A stretch of DNA of 64,000 bases from an uncultured Candidatus Poseidoniales archaeon (GCA_964645485.1 CAZXZO010000004.1:14740-78739); one strand, 5' to 3'; numbered from the stretch's first letter, positions 39,987-50,406 are shown. Notes: a model not told the origin generated them from the letters alone. Made by a program: numbers and translations.

Positions 39987-41162
39987 ATGCTCACAGGGCG
40001 GGTAGTCGCACTCATTTTGTTTGGGTTACTCATGCTGCCTCTTTATGCCCCCGTTGGAGCAGAGTGGGAAGAAGATACTTGGCTTACTACAATAATTGGC
40101 CCAGAGAGACTAGCCTTAGGGGATGAATTTGGTTGCCATGGCATGGCTGGCAGTGAAACATCAGATTATGAACTTGAAATTTCACAATGTAGGGATTATC
40201 TGACTGGCCGAATAAATGCGTCAAAATGGGCGGCCAATCCTATTTCATTGGGTATAGATTCAGATAGATTGAGTGAAATCGATTCTGCGGCAATTACTGA
40301 TGCAGGATTTGCAGTTGTAGACCAGCAAATCCTGCCTTTGAATCCACAATTAAAAAATATATCATATAATGGCGGCTCACTGGAGAAAGATAGGCAGACT
40401 ATCGACCAGTTCGAAGGGTTGATTGAAGAAGGAGAACCATTGATTAATTTTTATTGGCATGCACGTGACCATGACGTAATAGTGCGGCCTAATTCTGAAT
40501 TAGTAGCATCTATAGAATCAACCACTGCGTGGTTTACTACGTGGGGTGAACACGCATCTTATCAAGTTACGAAAAGCGAATTCTCACTAAATAATTCCAT
40601 TCCTGAGTCATGGGTAGTGACATTTGAAAGCAATTCTCAATCAAGTGATGGAGTCTTTTGGGAGGTGCCAATAACAAATAAATTCACAAGCATAAATGCA
40701 GATGTTGTTTCAGTAAATGATGGCACTAATTCATTGGATGAATTGGAGATTGATTCACCTCATTTACAGACCGGATGGCATCAAGAAAATAATAGTTTAA
40801 TTTTGACATTGATGCCTGGACAACAAGTTACAATTAATTTCGATGCAGATGCAAATAATGATTCCACCCCCCAAATCTGTGAACGTTTCAACTGCCATGT
40901 AGTTGCTATCACGGTTACAGGAATCCACACAAGTGATTTGTTTGATTGGTCTCGTCGTTGGGATGATACACCAATGCGCTTCACTTGGTTAGTTGAGCCA
41001 CGGGAAGTTTCTGAATTTAGTTGGGTTCTACCTGCTATGGCAGTCATTGTAGCACTTAGTGCTCCGGTTGCAATAATCTGGTTAGTGAAAAATGATCGTC
41101 GGGCACAGCAAGCAATTTCAGTTTTGAATTCATTGGATAAACTGAAAATTGAAGAAGAATGA
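39987..41162 (+). CDS. hypothetical membrane-anchored exported protein
   Basis: signal peptide from ATG 39987; C-terminal TM WVLPAMAVIVALSAPVAIIWLV. Confidence 0.75.
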   Translation: MLTGRVVALILFGLLMLPLYAPVGAEWEEDTWLTTIIGPERLALGDEFGCHGMAGSETSDYELEISQCRDYLTGRINASKWAANPISLGIDSDRLSEIDSAAITDAGFAVVDQQILPLNPQLKNISYNGGSLEKDRQTIDQFEGLIEEGEPLINFYWHARDHDVIVRPNSELVASIESTTAWFTTWGEHASYQVTKSEFSLNNSIPESWVVTFESNSQSSDGVFWEVPITNKFTSINADVVSVNDGTNSLDELEIDSPHLQTGWHQENNSLILTLMPGQQVTINFDADANNDSTPQICERFNCHVVAITVTGIHTSDLFDWSRRWDDTPMRFTWLVEPREVSEFSWVLPAMAVIVALSAPVAIIWLVKNDRRAQQAISVLNSLDKLKIEEE

Positions 41163-41201
41163 TGCTATAATGAAGCGCCAGAATATCGGGTTAGCAGTTC
41201 T

Positions 41202-42281
41202 TCAATTCAACTCTGTTCTAGTTATTTCAGCTCCCGTACTGCGAAGCCGACTGACTATTTCATCTAAATCTGAGTAATAATTGTCAGGTGACTGGATACC
41301 TTGAATCCTGCCGCCAAGCAAAGCCTCACAGGCTACTAAAAATGGGATTCCAGTTGCTACCGCCATTGATGGCCAGTCCCTATTTTCCGATTCATCTATC
41401 CCCGGTATGTAGAACTCCCAACGTACTACTGGTCCATTGTTTTGTGTGATGGTAATATCCATGTAAGTAAACTCTGACCTGTCAGTTGTGTAAGCCCACT
41501 GTTGTACGAGTTCTTGTTCATTCAAGGCTCCGCTTTCCCTCAATTCAAGGAATTTTTCTATGTGCCCCGGCCAGCGAACAGTATATTCTGATAAAGAATC
41601 ACAAGTTATGTCAGGGTTGGTTAGGAGAGACCTCAACCCGTCGGTCAGAAAAGCCTCCATCTCACCGTGATTTCCGGCATTGAAAATGTGGCGGTCAGAA
41701 ATCGCTGGCACTTCTTTTTCTTGGCCATCAATTCTTATTCTTGCTGGCCTCGTATATTCTTCAATCACATCGGTAGGCGAGAACGGGGCGCAATAACTCC
41801 ATTCAGAATCTTGGGTGACAGGATTCCCACCTACGCGAATCTTCACTGATTGTATGGCGGGAAATCTCTTTTGTTCAGACATTACCACCATGTTTGACAC
41901 ACCAGGAGCAATTCCACAATCATGAATCATCGATGCCCCAGATTGTTCAGCAAGTTGACTAAATCTATCAGGTGAATTGTCTGAGAATGCTAAATCACAG
42001 ACTTTAACTCCATTTGTAATCAGGTGTTCACGTATAGAATCTCCAATTCTTCCGGGCAATAAGTTGAGAATCAAATCATATTGAGTTAGGTCACAATTTG
42101 CTAAATGAGAGATGGCATCCCCATCAATTAAAGAAAATGAGAGATTTTTTCTGACTTTATCCAACATGGGGACTTCATCATGGTTCACAGCGACAGCAGT
42201 GACATTATGGCCATTCTTGGCTAATTCATCACAAATGAAAGAACCAACAAGGCCAGCCCCAAAAGACAGAATCATAGCCAT
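41202..42281 (-). CDS. saccharopine dehydrogenase / lysine 6-dehydrogenase family protein
   Basis: GAGLVG, DCGIAPGVSN, IRVGGNP, FSPTDVIEEY, EAFLTDGLRS, TVRWPGH. Confidence 0.9.
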   Translation of the reverse strand: MAMILSFGAGLVGSFICDELAKNGHNVTAVAVNHDEVPMLDKVRKNLSFSLIDGDAISHLANCDLTQYDLILNLLPGRIGDSIREHLITNGVKVCDLAFSDNSPDRFSQLAEQSGASMIHDCGIAPGVSNMVVMSEQKRFPAIQSVKIRVGGNPVTQDSEWSYCAPFSPTDVIEEYTRPARIRIDGQEKEVPAISDRHIFNAGNHGEMEAFLTDGLRSLLTNPDITCDSLSEYTVRWPGHIEKFLELRESGALNEQELVQQWAYTTDRSEFTYMDITITQNNGPVVRWEFYIPGIDESENRDWPSMAVATGIPFLVACEALLGGRIQGIQSPDNYYSDLDEIVSRLRSTGAEITRTELN

Positions 42282-42392
42282 ATCTTTCGTGAGGGGCGGC
42301 TAGTATATTTGATTTCAACAATGGCTACCTTCGACGTGTTACAGCCGTAGCATTCATGCCATTGATGCTTACGAGACCGGTTCGGGGAGCAG

Positions 42393-43778
42393 ATGGCAGG
42401 AGACGTTTCAATTGACCCTTGGTCGTCAAGTCAGTCAACTGACTATTCTAGGATTATCCAACAATTTGGGCTAGAAAAGGTAGACCATTCAGTATTGCCA
42501 AACCCGCACATGTTACATCGTAGAGGGATAGTATTCGCTCACCGTGACTTAAATCTCATTTTAGATGCTCACTCTAGTGGTAATCCATTCGGAGTCTTGA
42601 CGGGGCTGATGCCTTCAGGAAGAATGCACCTTGGACACAAAATGGTCATTGACCAAGTAAAATGGTTTCAAGAACAAGGTGCAGATGTATCAATCGCAGT
42701 TGCTGATTTAGAAGCCCATGCTACACGAGGTCTTTCACTAGAAGAATGCCGGCGAGTAGCATTGGAAGAGTATGTAGCAAATTATGCTGCATTGGGATTA
42801 GACGTAGAAAACACATCTGTATACTTTCAATCAACAAGACCAGTTGTTCAAAGGTTAGGATTCACTCTTGGAAAAAGGACCAATTTGTCTGAATTTGAAG
42901 CAATTTATGGGTTCAAAGGTGAAACGAACCTTGCACATGTGCAGGCACCATTGGTTCAAGCGGGGGATATTTTGCATCCTCAGTTAGACAAATACGGTGG
43001 CCTAAGACCAATTGTAGTGCCCGTCGGTGTTGACCAAGACCCACACTTGCGACTCACTCGTGGTTTAGCGGGTAAGACTAACTGGTTCAATGTAAAGGCT
43101 AGAAAATCAGGCGGTTTAGTAATCGGACTTTCTGTTCAAGAAGAGAATTCCGAAGCCCTAGGTGTTGCAAAGGACGGGAGGATTGACAAGAGTTTGAGGC
43201 AATCTGTGTTTGGAAAATTATCAGCAATTTTGGAAAGGATTGGTTTCAGTGATATTCGTTCTAATCCCAAGCACGGTTCAATTGAGATTCCTGCAGCAAC
43301 AATGAGAGATAGAGATTTAATCCGGCCTGAACTTCTGAAATTAGAACGCTCCATGGGCGGATTGGGTTTGTTACAACCTTCAAGCACGTACCATCAATTC
43401 GCGATGGGTATGACTGGTGATAAGATGTCATCAAGCCGCGAGGAGACTACAATTTTCCTAAGTGAAGATGTAGCCGTAATGGAAAAGAAGGTGAAATCCT
43501 CTTTTTCAGGCGGTCAACCGACTCTAGAAGAACACCGCCGACTTGGAGGGAATCCCGATGTGGATGTTGCATTCCAATATCTAAGATACTTCTTCGAAGA
43601 TGATGATAATGCACTTGCGGAAATCGAGGCTGGTTATCGTTCGGGTGAACTTCTGACCGGCCAAATGAAACAAATTTGTATTGACAAAGCCAGCGAATAT
43701 CTCAGCCATCTTGGCGAGATGCGCCAGCAAACTGCACATATTGTTGATGATTTCTTGGCTGCTGATTCACGTTTTTAG
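42393..43778 (+). CDS. trpS: tryptophanyl-tRNA synthetase (archaeal type)
   Basis: IDPW, GLMPSGRMHLGH, PVGVDQDPH, KMSSS, GGNPDVDV. Confidence 0.97.
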   Translation: MAGDVSIDPWSSSQSTDYSRIIQQFGLEKVDHSVLPNPHMLHRRGIVFAHRDLNLILDAHSSGNPFGVLTGLMPSGRMHLGHKMVIDQVKWFQEQGADVSIAVADLEAHATRGLSLEECRRVALEEYVANYAALGLDVENTSVYFQSTRPVVQRLGFTLGKRTNLSEFEAIYGFKGETNLAHVQAPLVQAGDILHPQLDKYGGLRPIVVPVGVDQDPHLRLTRGLAGKTNWFNVKARKSGGLVIGLSVQEENSEALGVAKDGRIDKSLRQSVFGKLSAILERIGFSDIRSNPKHGSIEIPAATMRDRDLIRPELLKLERSMGGLGLLQPSSTYHQFAMGMTGDKMSSSREETTIFLSEDVAVMEKKVKSSFSGGQPTLEEHRRLGGNPDVDVAFQYLRYFFEDDDNALAEIEAGYRSGELLTGQMKQICIDKASEYLSHLGEMRQQTAHIVDDFLAADSRF

Positions 43779-43779
43779 T

Positions 43780-44400
43780 TCATTCAACATCTTCTGAACC
43801 CATGATGATAGGGGCTGGCCCGGGGTCAAGTTGGGCAACTTCTTCTGCGCTCAACTCTTTTTTTACCATATCATCATGGCCAATTATGCTGTGCCCTTTT
43901 GGGTCTAGAATTTGCAGAGAAAGTTCGCCAAGTAATTCACCCTTCGCAAGCGCTGTAAGAGCCATTTCAAGTTGAAACAATTTATCCAAATTTTCCTCAT
44001 TGCTATCTTCTCCATTATCAATCTCCGATGATATTTGCCTCATCATCATTCGAATGATGTCGATGAAGCGATTTAGGACTCCTTCAACATTTGAAACATA
44101 TCCTGAGGATTGAGTCCCAGGTGATACCTCTAGATCTAACTCAGGTATTCTAAGAGTGCCAGAAGAACCTCGAACGACTCTCGCTTGCAAGTGCTCTTCC
44201 TTTTCTATAGACAAGGTGCAAGAGATGGCTCCTCGTTCCTCTTCTGGGATGAAATCAGTTTGCTTCATGCCACACTTTTCACAACTAATTGTAATCTGAG
44301 TATGCTCACCGAAATAGGGGATTTCGGAAGACATTGATAGAAGTTTCAAATAACCTTCAGATTGACAAGTCGGGCATGGGAAATCAAGGTCACTTTCCAC
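43780..44400 (-). CDS. ZPR1 zinc-finger protein
   Basis: CPTC, IPYFG, CEKCG, IPEL, GYVSNVEGVL, ILDPKGHS. Confidence 0.93.
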   Translation of the reverse strand: MESDLDFPCPTCQSEGYLKLLSMSSEIPYFGEHTQITISCEKCGMKQTDFIPEEERGAISCTLSIEKEEHLQARVVRGSSGTLRIPELDLEVSPGTQSSGYVSNVEGVLNRFIDIIRMMMRQISSEIDNGEDSNEENLDKLFQLEMALTALAKGELLGELSLQILDPKGHSIIGHDDMVKKELSAEEVAQLDPGPAPIIMGSEDVE

Positions 44401-44409
44401 TTTACCACC

Positions 44410-44835
44410 TCACAAAGAGTGTTCGAATGATTCTTTTTCTAGACCCGCGACACCGCTTACTCCAGGAGGTAAGACTAACACGCGGTCTTCCCCAAGTTGA
44501 ACGAGAGTTCCACCTACATCCTTGACAATGAAGTTTGAGATTTGTTCGATTGTAGTTTCAAATTCAAAGCCTCTGTCGATAATTTTTCCTAACTCAACTA
44601 TCACAACTTCTCCTTCTGCAGCCCAATTAAAAATCTCGTCTAAACCGGTAACATCGTGTAAAACTGCTCTGCGGATGACTAATTCCCCATCAATTCGTGG
44701 CACAGGAGCATCAGGGTATAACGACCCCAAGTCATGGTATAGTTGGCCAGGTTCCGGGCGTGGCATTTCCCCTTCTGAGGTGCTGGGAATGTCAATCCAG
44801 CGCGGCCCATCGCCTTCTTCCTCAGTCATTTCCAC
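44410..44835 (-). CDS. sepF: archaeal SepF-like cell division protein
   Basis: SepF-like pattern (GEVVIVEL...VGGTLVQLGEDRVLVLPPGV); sepF-ZPR1 adjacency is typical of Euryarchaeota. Confidence 0.75.
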   Translation of the reverse strand: MEMTEEEGDGPRWIDIPSTSEGEMPRPEPGQLYHDLGSLYPDAPVPRIDGELVIRRAVLHDVTGLDEIFNWAAEGEVVIVELGKIIDRGFEFETTIEQISNFIVKDVGGTLVQLGEDRVLVLPPGVSGVAGLEKESFEHSL

Positions 44836-45004
44836 GGTTCACCCGTGCAGGGCTAGCCACATAACCAATTTCCTGTTTTGTAGTAGGATGAATGCAGTTC
44901 GGTTTAGTCGGGTTGATAAGGGGCCGATATTTCGCCCTTCATGCACAAGCAGGTGGCCGGGCTCAGTGCGAATGTTCAAGAACGGGCAATTAGGGGATAA
45001 TGAT

Positions 45005-45631
45005 ATGGACGCAGAGATGACGGCATTGAAGACAGGAACTAGCACCATCGGCATATGCTTTGATGGAGGCGTAGTAGTAGGTGCAGACCATCGAGCAACT
45101 ATGGGTCACTTTGTGGCTAACAAGAATGTTCAGAAGTTATTCTCAATTGCTGATAATATCGCTCTTACAACTGCTGGATTGGTTGGTCATGCTCAAGTCC
45201 TTTCGCGTGTTTTGGCTGCTGAAATAGCAATCTATGAAATGAAGCGTGGTGGAATCATGAAGGTTGAAGCCGCCGCAACTCTCACTGCAAATATTCTCGG
45301 TGGCAGGCCTTATTGGGTTCAATTATTAATTGCCGGCGTGGATGTTGATGGAAGTCATGTTTATTCCATTGATTCAGCAGGTGGTTCAATTTCAGACACT
45401 TATTGCGCAACAGGCTCAGGTTCACCCTACATGTACGGTGTTCTAGAAGACCAGTACAAAGATGATATGACTGAGAATGAAGCATTGAAAGTTGCCGCAA
45501 AAGCACTTTTGGCATCCGCTCAAAGAGATGCAGCGAGTGGTAACGGCATGGATTTGTGCGTAATCACATTGGACAAAGGATTCACCTTACTCACTGATGC
45601 ACAGAAGCAGAAACTCATCAATTCTATTTGA
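45005..45631 (+). CDS. psmB: proteasome beta subunit
   Basis: propeptide ...KTG then TSTIG (Thr1), GADHRAT, GSGS, QRDAASG; start at 45005 or 44972, not 44522. Confidence 0.97.
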   Translation: MDAEMTALKTGTSTIGICFDGGVVVGADHRATMGHFVANKNVQKLFSIADNIALTTAGLVGHAQVLSRVLAAEIAIYEMKRGGIMKVEAAATLTANILGGRPYWVQLLIAGVDVDGSHVYSIDSAGGSISDTYCATGSGSPYMYGVLEDQYKDDMTENEALKVAAKALLASAQRDAASGNGMDLCVITLDKGFTLLTDAQKQKLINSI

Positions 45632-45727
45632 GAATTGAAATCAAATTCCCGGCAGTTTAACTGCTATTCTCCTCGCTTGAGGAAGCCCCAAAACTGCGGG
45701 ATCCAGTTGACACGATGAGGTGTAGCA

Positions 45728-47629
45728 ATGAGATTGACCTTTAAGGAAATTAAAGAGAAGTTAATACAAATGATGCCTAGTAAGGCTGATTATGAAATTG
45801 ATTTAGAAGCAGCAAGCATCGCCATTATCACTAAAACTCCAGAAGAATTCAACAATTCTCTAATTGGTGAGATGGCTAAAACAATTAAACGACGAATTAT
45901 TGTTAGGCCACATGAATCTATTTTGATGAATCCAAGAGATGCCCAAGAATTAATTGGCAACATAATTCCAAAAGATTCACTCGTTCTCAATATTTGGTTT
46001 GACCCTGCAATTGGAGAGTGTACAATCGAATGTAAAGACCCAGCATTAGCTGTTGGGAAGAAGGGTGTACATCTCAAAGAAGTCAGGGATAAAATCGGAT
46101 GGCACACTAACATAATCAGGTCATCAAGGATGGATAGCAGGACATCTACTGATATTCGGAGATTCAGAATGGATAACTCCACAGACAGAAAAAAAGCACT
46201 GCGTAGATTTGGCAATAACATCTACCGCCCACAAAGGCCAGGGGAATCATGGGTTAGACTCACGGCGCTCGGGTCGTATGGTGAAGTCGGAAGGGCAATG
46301 CATCTTGTCACGACTAACGAAAGTAGGGTTGTTGTGGATTGTGGCGCGAAACCGGGACGTGAAGATTCCTCAATGCCGTATTTTTCAGCACCTGAATTGC
46401 TTCCACCTGACAAAATTGATGCAGTTGTAATTACACACGCCCATCTCGACCATATTGGGATGTTACCTGTATTATTCAAATATGGATATCGAGGTCCAGT
46501 ATATTGCACTCCACCAACACGAGATTTGATGGTATTACTGCAACTAGATTTCATCAAGGTGTCACAGTCAGAAGGACGACAACCAGCGTACACCTTAGAA
46601 GATGTACAAACAATGATGCTTCATGTGGTTGACGTAGATTGGAACCAAACTACAGATATTTCTCCAGACATCAAAATGACACTATACAACGCTGGACATA
46701 TTCTTGGTTCATCGTCTGTTCACATGCACATTGGAGAGGGATTGCATAATTTGGTATTCAGTGGTGATATAAAATACGAAAAATCTTGGCTTTATGATGC
46801 TGCTAATGTGCGCTTTCCACGGGTTGAAACTCTTGTACTTGAATCAACATATGGAGGTGCTAAATCATTCCAGCCTTCTAGGTTGGAAGCAACCCAAGAA
46901 TTGCAAGATATGATGAAACGAGTTCTCAGCAAAGGTGGCAAAATATTCTGTCCTGTATTCGCTGTGGGACGAAGTCAAGAATTGATGATAGCAATTGACC
47001 AATTATTCAAATCGGGAGAATGTGAACCTGTTCCAGTTTGGCTTGATGGTATGATTCAAGAAGCAACAGCAATCCATGCACTACATCCTGATTATCTAAA
47101 TCAAGAATTGCGGCAATCAGTCTTGAGAGATGATGAATCAAATCCTTTCTCATCCAAATGGTTCAAGAAAGTTGAGAGCAGAGACCAACGTGAATCAATC
47201 ATCAACAACCCACGTCCTTGTATCGTTCTAGCGACCAGTGGGATGATGTCAGGTGGGCCAATAGTTGAATACCTGAGAAATTGGTGTGAAGACCGATTAA
47301 ACACCCTTTGTTTTGTCGGTTATCAAGCCGAAGGAACTCTTGGACGGAGACTCAAAGATGGCTTCAAGGATGTACCAATTAGTGATGGAGGAAGAGGCAC
47401 AGAGATGATCAGAGTTGAGTGTGACTTAGTCATTATTGATGGGATGAGCGGCCATTCAGACCGCCGACAATTGATGGAATACGTAAATCAAATGAATCCA
47501 AAACCACGTTTCATTATTTTGCACCATGGTGATGCAAAAATCGCTAACCAGTTCAGACAGGGGTTAAGAGAAACCTACCGCATTAGAACGGTTGCACCAT
47601 CAAACCTTGAGACACTTCGGCTGGTCTGA
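45728..47629 (+). CDS. beta-CASP ribonuclease aCPSF1 (FttA, transcription termination factor)
   Basis: N-terminal KH domains, THAHLDH, NAGHILGSS, VLESTYGG, SGHSD; follows psmB as usual. Confidence 0.96.
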   Translation: MRLTFKEIKEKLIQMMPSKADYEIDLEAASIAIITKTPEEFNNSLIGEMAKTIKRRIIVRPHESILMNPRDAQELIGNIIPKDSLVLNIWFDPAIGECTIECKDPALAVGKKGVHLKEVRDKIGWHTNIIRSSRMDSRTSTDIRRFRMDNSTDRKKALRRFGNNIYRPQRPGESWVRLTALGSYGEVGRAMHLVTTNESRVVVDCGAKPGREDSSMPYFSAPELLPPDKIDAVVITHAHLDHIGMLPVLFKYGYRGPVYCTPPTRDLMVLLQLDFIKVSQSEGRQPAYTLEDVQTMMLHVVDVDWNQTTDISPDIKMTLYNAGHILGSSSVHMHIGEGLHNLVFSGDIKYEKSWLYDAANVRFPRVETLVLESTYGGAKSFQPSRLEATQELQDMMKRVLSKGGKIFCPVFAVGRSQELMIAIDQLFKSGECEPVPVWLDGMIQEATAIHALHPDYLNQELRQSVLRDDESNPFSSKWFKKVESRDQRESIINNPRPCIVLATSGMMSGGPIVEYLRNWCEDRLNTLCFVGYQAEGTLGRRLKDGFKDVPISDGGRGTEMIRVECDLVIIDGMSGHSDRRQLMEYVNQMNPKPRFIILHHGDAKIANQFRQGLRETYRIRTVAPSNLETLRLV

Positions 47630-48475
47630 TTAAGAATATTCCAGCTGGACTTTGTCAATTTGTTTGCCTAGGATGTAAAGAACTAGGCCTGAAACCAAAG
47701 ATAGTACACCAATGAAAGTCACGGCAAATGCTGCTAAAGCAACCCCGATGCTCACCGTATCGTGTGGACCTCCAATATCAATCAATGCAGTGGCCATTTG
47801 GTATCCAACTGTGAAGAAAATAATACCTGGGATTCCAAGTACAATAAGTGGGTGTTTTGATTCGAGCATCCAGTAGAATAGTTGGGCAAACCGAGAGGCA
47901 CTTGTCAAAGATTCCAATTCTTTGCCAACAGGTGTGGCATCGAGTTCAATTATTCTGACCTTGAGGTCATGAGATAGGTCTGCGGGCTTGTCATTGTCGT
48001 CTGCTTGTGCTAAGGCACGTAAGCCCTGTTTGGAGAAAGCGCAAACAGAAATTGCAGCATCTGCGTATGAATAAGAGGCGATTGTAATCGCTTCGCTTGA
48101 ATCAGGAATGTCATCAGTTCGTTGGTTGACACTTCTATGCTTGAAGGCGATGTAGATATCATTGCGACTACGTGAAAGGGCGATATGGCGTGGCAAATTC
48201 TTGAGTTTCCAGTCTTTGTCCAAACCGATTGCAACAGTATTTTCTGTTTCAGGTAACTCCATCGCCAGTAAAGTACGGGCTAAACTTGGGGCGTGAGCAG
48301 GGCCATCATGAACCACATAAGTCCCACCCGCTTTCTCAACCATCTCACGTTGTTTTTCATCTTCTCCTAGAGAAATTACAACAACATCGTCAACAAAATC
48401 AGTACCGCGGCTTACAGCCGACCCTAATCGAAGGGCTTGTTCTCGAGCAACAAACACTAATCGCATGCTTCCCAA
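47630..48475 (-). CDS. degenerate GT2 (Dol-P-glycosyltransferase-like) protein with two C-terminal TM helices
   Basis: GT2 layout retained but VISLGED replaces VDDGSTD and AIGLDKD replaces the DAD motif. Confidence 0.6.
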   Translation of the reverse strand: MGSMRLVFVAREQALRLGSAVSRGTDFVDDVVVISLGEDEKQREMVEKAGGTYVVHDGPAHAPSLARTLLAMELPETENTVAIGLDKDWKLKNLPRHIALSRSRNDIYIAFKHRSVNQRTDDIPDSSEAITIASYSYADAAISVCAFSKQGLRALAQADDNDKPADLSHDLKVRIIELDATPVGKELESLTSASRFAQLFYWMLESKHPLIVLGIPGIIFFTVGYQMATALIDIGGPHDTVSIGVALAAFAVTFIGVLSLVSGLVLYILGKQIDKVQLEYS

Positions 48476-48550
48476 CCCTCCGTCGGGTCGGTCTAAGGGT
48501 TAATCATTCGCCCTAAGATGTAGCAAAAATGTGGAACTCATTGAAAGACC

Positions 48551-49507
48551 GTGTCTGCCGCCGCCGAATTGATGCGCAACGGATGGCGAGTGGCGGTAGT
48601 GATGCCAGCCTTCAATGAGCAAGTGCAAATTGAGGCGGCGATCAACTCTATACCATCCTGGATAGATTCGTTGGTAGTTGTGGATGATGGCTCAACTGAT
48701 TTGACTTACCAAAAAGCCGAATCGGTGCTTCCAGCCTTTGGTAAAATCGTCACGACTAATGGACTTGGAGTGGGTGGTGCAATCGCAACTGGATACGCGG
48801 AGGTAATCTCTGACCTACAGAGTGAAAATGTAGGCACACATGACTGGGCTGTTGTTGTAATGGCCGGTGATGGGCAAATGGACCCAGAGGATATTGACAA
48901 TCTTCTCACTCCTCTCTCAAGAGTTCCGTTTGTGAAAGGTGACCGATTCTCTCACCATTCCGGATTAGGGGGAATGCCAAAAAATAGACGGGTTGGCTCA
49001 TGGGTGTTAGGAAAACTAACCTCCCTTGCAAGTGGCCGCCATGTGAATGACCCTCAGTGCGGCTATACTGCGGTTACCGTAGATGCATTACTACAATGGG
49101 ATTGGGTGAGTAAGTGGCAAGGATATGGTTATCCAAATTGGTGGTTACTGAACATTGGTTCACAATCAATTCCGTTTGAATCTGTGCCGGTGAAATCGGT
49201 TTATCGTGACGAAAAATCTGGAATAAAAGTGCTCAAATTTTTGCCTCGGATTTCACTATTATTGTTGACAGGGTTATGGCGTAGGGGCTGGAATTGGTAT
49301 GTTAGAGGTGAGGGGAAAACCCCGATTACTGCACGACTTGCAGTAACTTCAACATGGTTTTCTTCGTTATTGTTGCTGGCCACATTACCGATGTTGGTTT
49401 TGCTTGAACCGCCATCGTTAGCGCTGATTCCAGCAGTGTTTGGCTTGTTGGCTGTGACTTGGAAATTGGACCAAAATGAAGTTCACCGACGGCTCAACCG
49501 AATCTGA
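48551..49507 (+). CDS. glycosyltransferase family 2
   Basis: VVMPAFNE, VVDDGSTD, GVGGAI, MAGDGQMDP, DPQCGYTA, YGYP; C-terminal TM helices. Confidence 0.92.
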   Translation: MSAAAELMRNGWRVAVVMPAFNEQVQIEAAINSIPSWIDSLVVVDDGSTDLTYQKAESVLPAFGKIVTTNGLGVGGAIATGYAEVISDLQSENVGTHDWAVVVMAGDGQMDPEDIDNLLTPLSRVPFVKGDRFSHHSGLGGMPKNRRVGSWVLGKLTSLASGRHVNDPQCGYTAVTVDALLQWDWVSKWQGYGYPNWWLLNIGSQSIPFESVPVKSVYRDEKSGIKVLKFLPRISLLLLTGLWRRGWNWYVRGEGKTPITARLAVTSTWFSSLLLLATLPMLVLLEPPSLALIPAVFGLLAVTWKLDQNEVHRRLNRI

Positions 49508-49608
49508 ATACAAACATAAAATGAGGGTAAACTCCATGCCGGCTGTTCTGCGGGCTAGATTACGTTGAGTTGAAATCCATCGCCAAGGATTGAACATGAA
49601 ATCCTTGC

Positions 49609-49844
49609 GATGTAATCTAATGATGGGCCCGTCCAGATTTAATTCCATCTGACTCATTTTTGATTTAATTCAACGCAAGGTGTCCCTCACTTCCCTCAGC
49701 CCAACCTTGCGCTCCAGCGTCAAACACGCCCCCTCAATCAATTTTCAGAGGCCCGGGCTTGTTTAACGCGGAGTTCAAATCTAGCAGGCTGTATTGAATA
49801 TGATTTCATATTGATGTAATCGAATGATGGGCCCGTCCAGATTT
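49609..49844. repeat. 32-bp direct repeat of the tRNA-Pro 3' end (att-like), copies 49609-49640 and 49813-49844
   Basis: gatgtaatc(t/g)aatgatgggcccgtccagattt, 31/32 identical; the second copy overlaps the tRNA. Confidence 0.9.
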
Positions 49845-49902
49845 GAACTGGAGTCTAAGCGTCCCAAACGCCCAAGCATAGGCCAGGCTAACCCACGGGC
49901 CC
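49828..49902 (-). tRNA. tRNA-Pro (anticodon TGG)
   Basis: reverse complement: GGGCCCG acceptor, GGGCG-TTTGGGA-CGCTT anticodon arm, TCCAG-TTCAAAT-CTGGA T arm, CGGGCCC-A. Confidence 0.95.
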
Positions 49903-49940
49903 CAACAGGGTTGCCACCGACCTACCTTTCATGAACCTAT

Positions 49941-50390
49941 TTATTCCAACCACTCCCATTCGGTTGGGGTATCACGCATCAGTAATCCTTGAGATTCTGC
50001 CATATCAATCAATTCTTGAGCATCAGGTAGCACAATCCCTCTTTTATTCAACTCATTTTGAACAGCGATAATATTGAGTTTTCCATTTTCATCAACTAGG
50101 TTACTTAGAAGTTTTAGTAGTGCAGGAGCGGAGGCACTATCTTGTTGGTAATCCTGATAATCTTCGGTCTTGGTTTTGCGTCTCATTTCATCTCGAAGTT
50201 CCGGCGGAACATTGGCAAGGGATACCCTTTCTTTGAGTTCTCCACTATCCTTTGCTCTCCTAACTATAGGGTGTTCTCCACTTTTACCACAACCTGGGCA
50301 AGTGAATGTTTTGTCATTTCTTAAACTACCAAAATGTCTCTCACAATCAATACAACGAATTACTAAAAAAACTCGTTCATTTGATGTCAT
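49941..50390 (-). CDS. Zn-ribbon protein with putative winged-helix C-terminus
   Basis: IRCIDCERHFG...CPGCG; helical C-terminus ending GLLMRDTPTEWEW; ATG 50390 preferred start. Confidence 0.7.
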   Translation of the reverse strand: MTSNERVFLVIRCIDCERHFGSLRNDKTFTCPGCGKSGEHPIVRRAKDSGELKERVSLANVPPELRDEMRRKTKTEDYQDYQQDSASAPALLKLLSNLVDENGKLNIIAVQNELNKRGIVLPDAQELIDMAESQGLLMRDTPTEWEWLE

Positions 50391-50406
50391 CAATTGCGCC
50401 TCAAAA

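Noticed and set aside
43090-43350. About 80-aa insertion in TrpRS
   Set aside because: From recall, similar inserts occur in many euryarchaeal TrpRS.
44522-45004. Long N-terminal extension of psmB in the ORF track; similar over-calls for rpiA (54876), folA (38326), plsC (40033) and the 39831 ORF
   Set aside because: The extensions overlap opposite-strand or adjacent genes; better downstream starts with SD sequences or family-typical N-termini exist.
49418-49657. 79-aa minus-strand ORF over the att-like repeat
   Set aside because: It overlaps the GT2 3' end and the tRNA-derived repeat and has no integrase or other motif.
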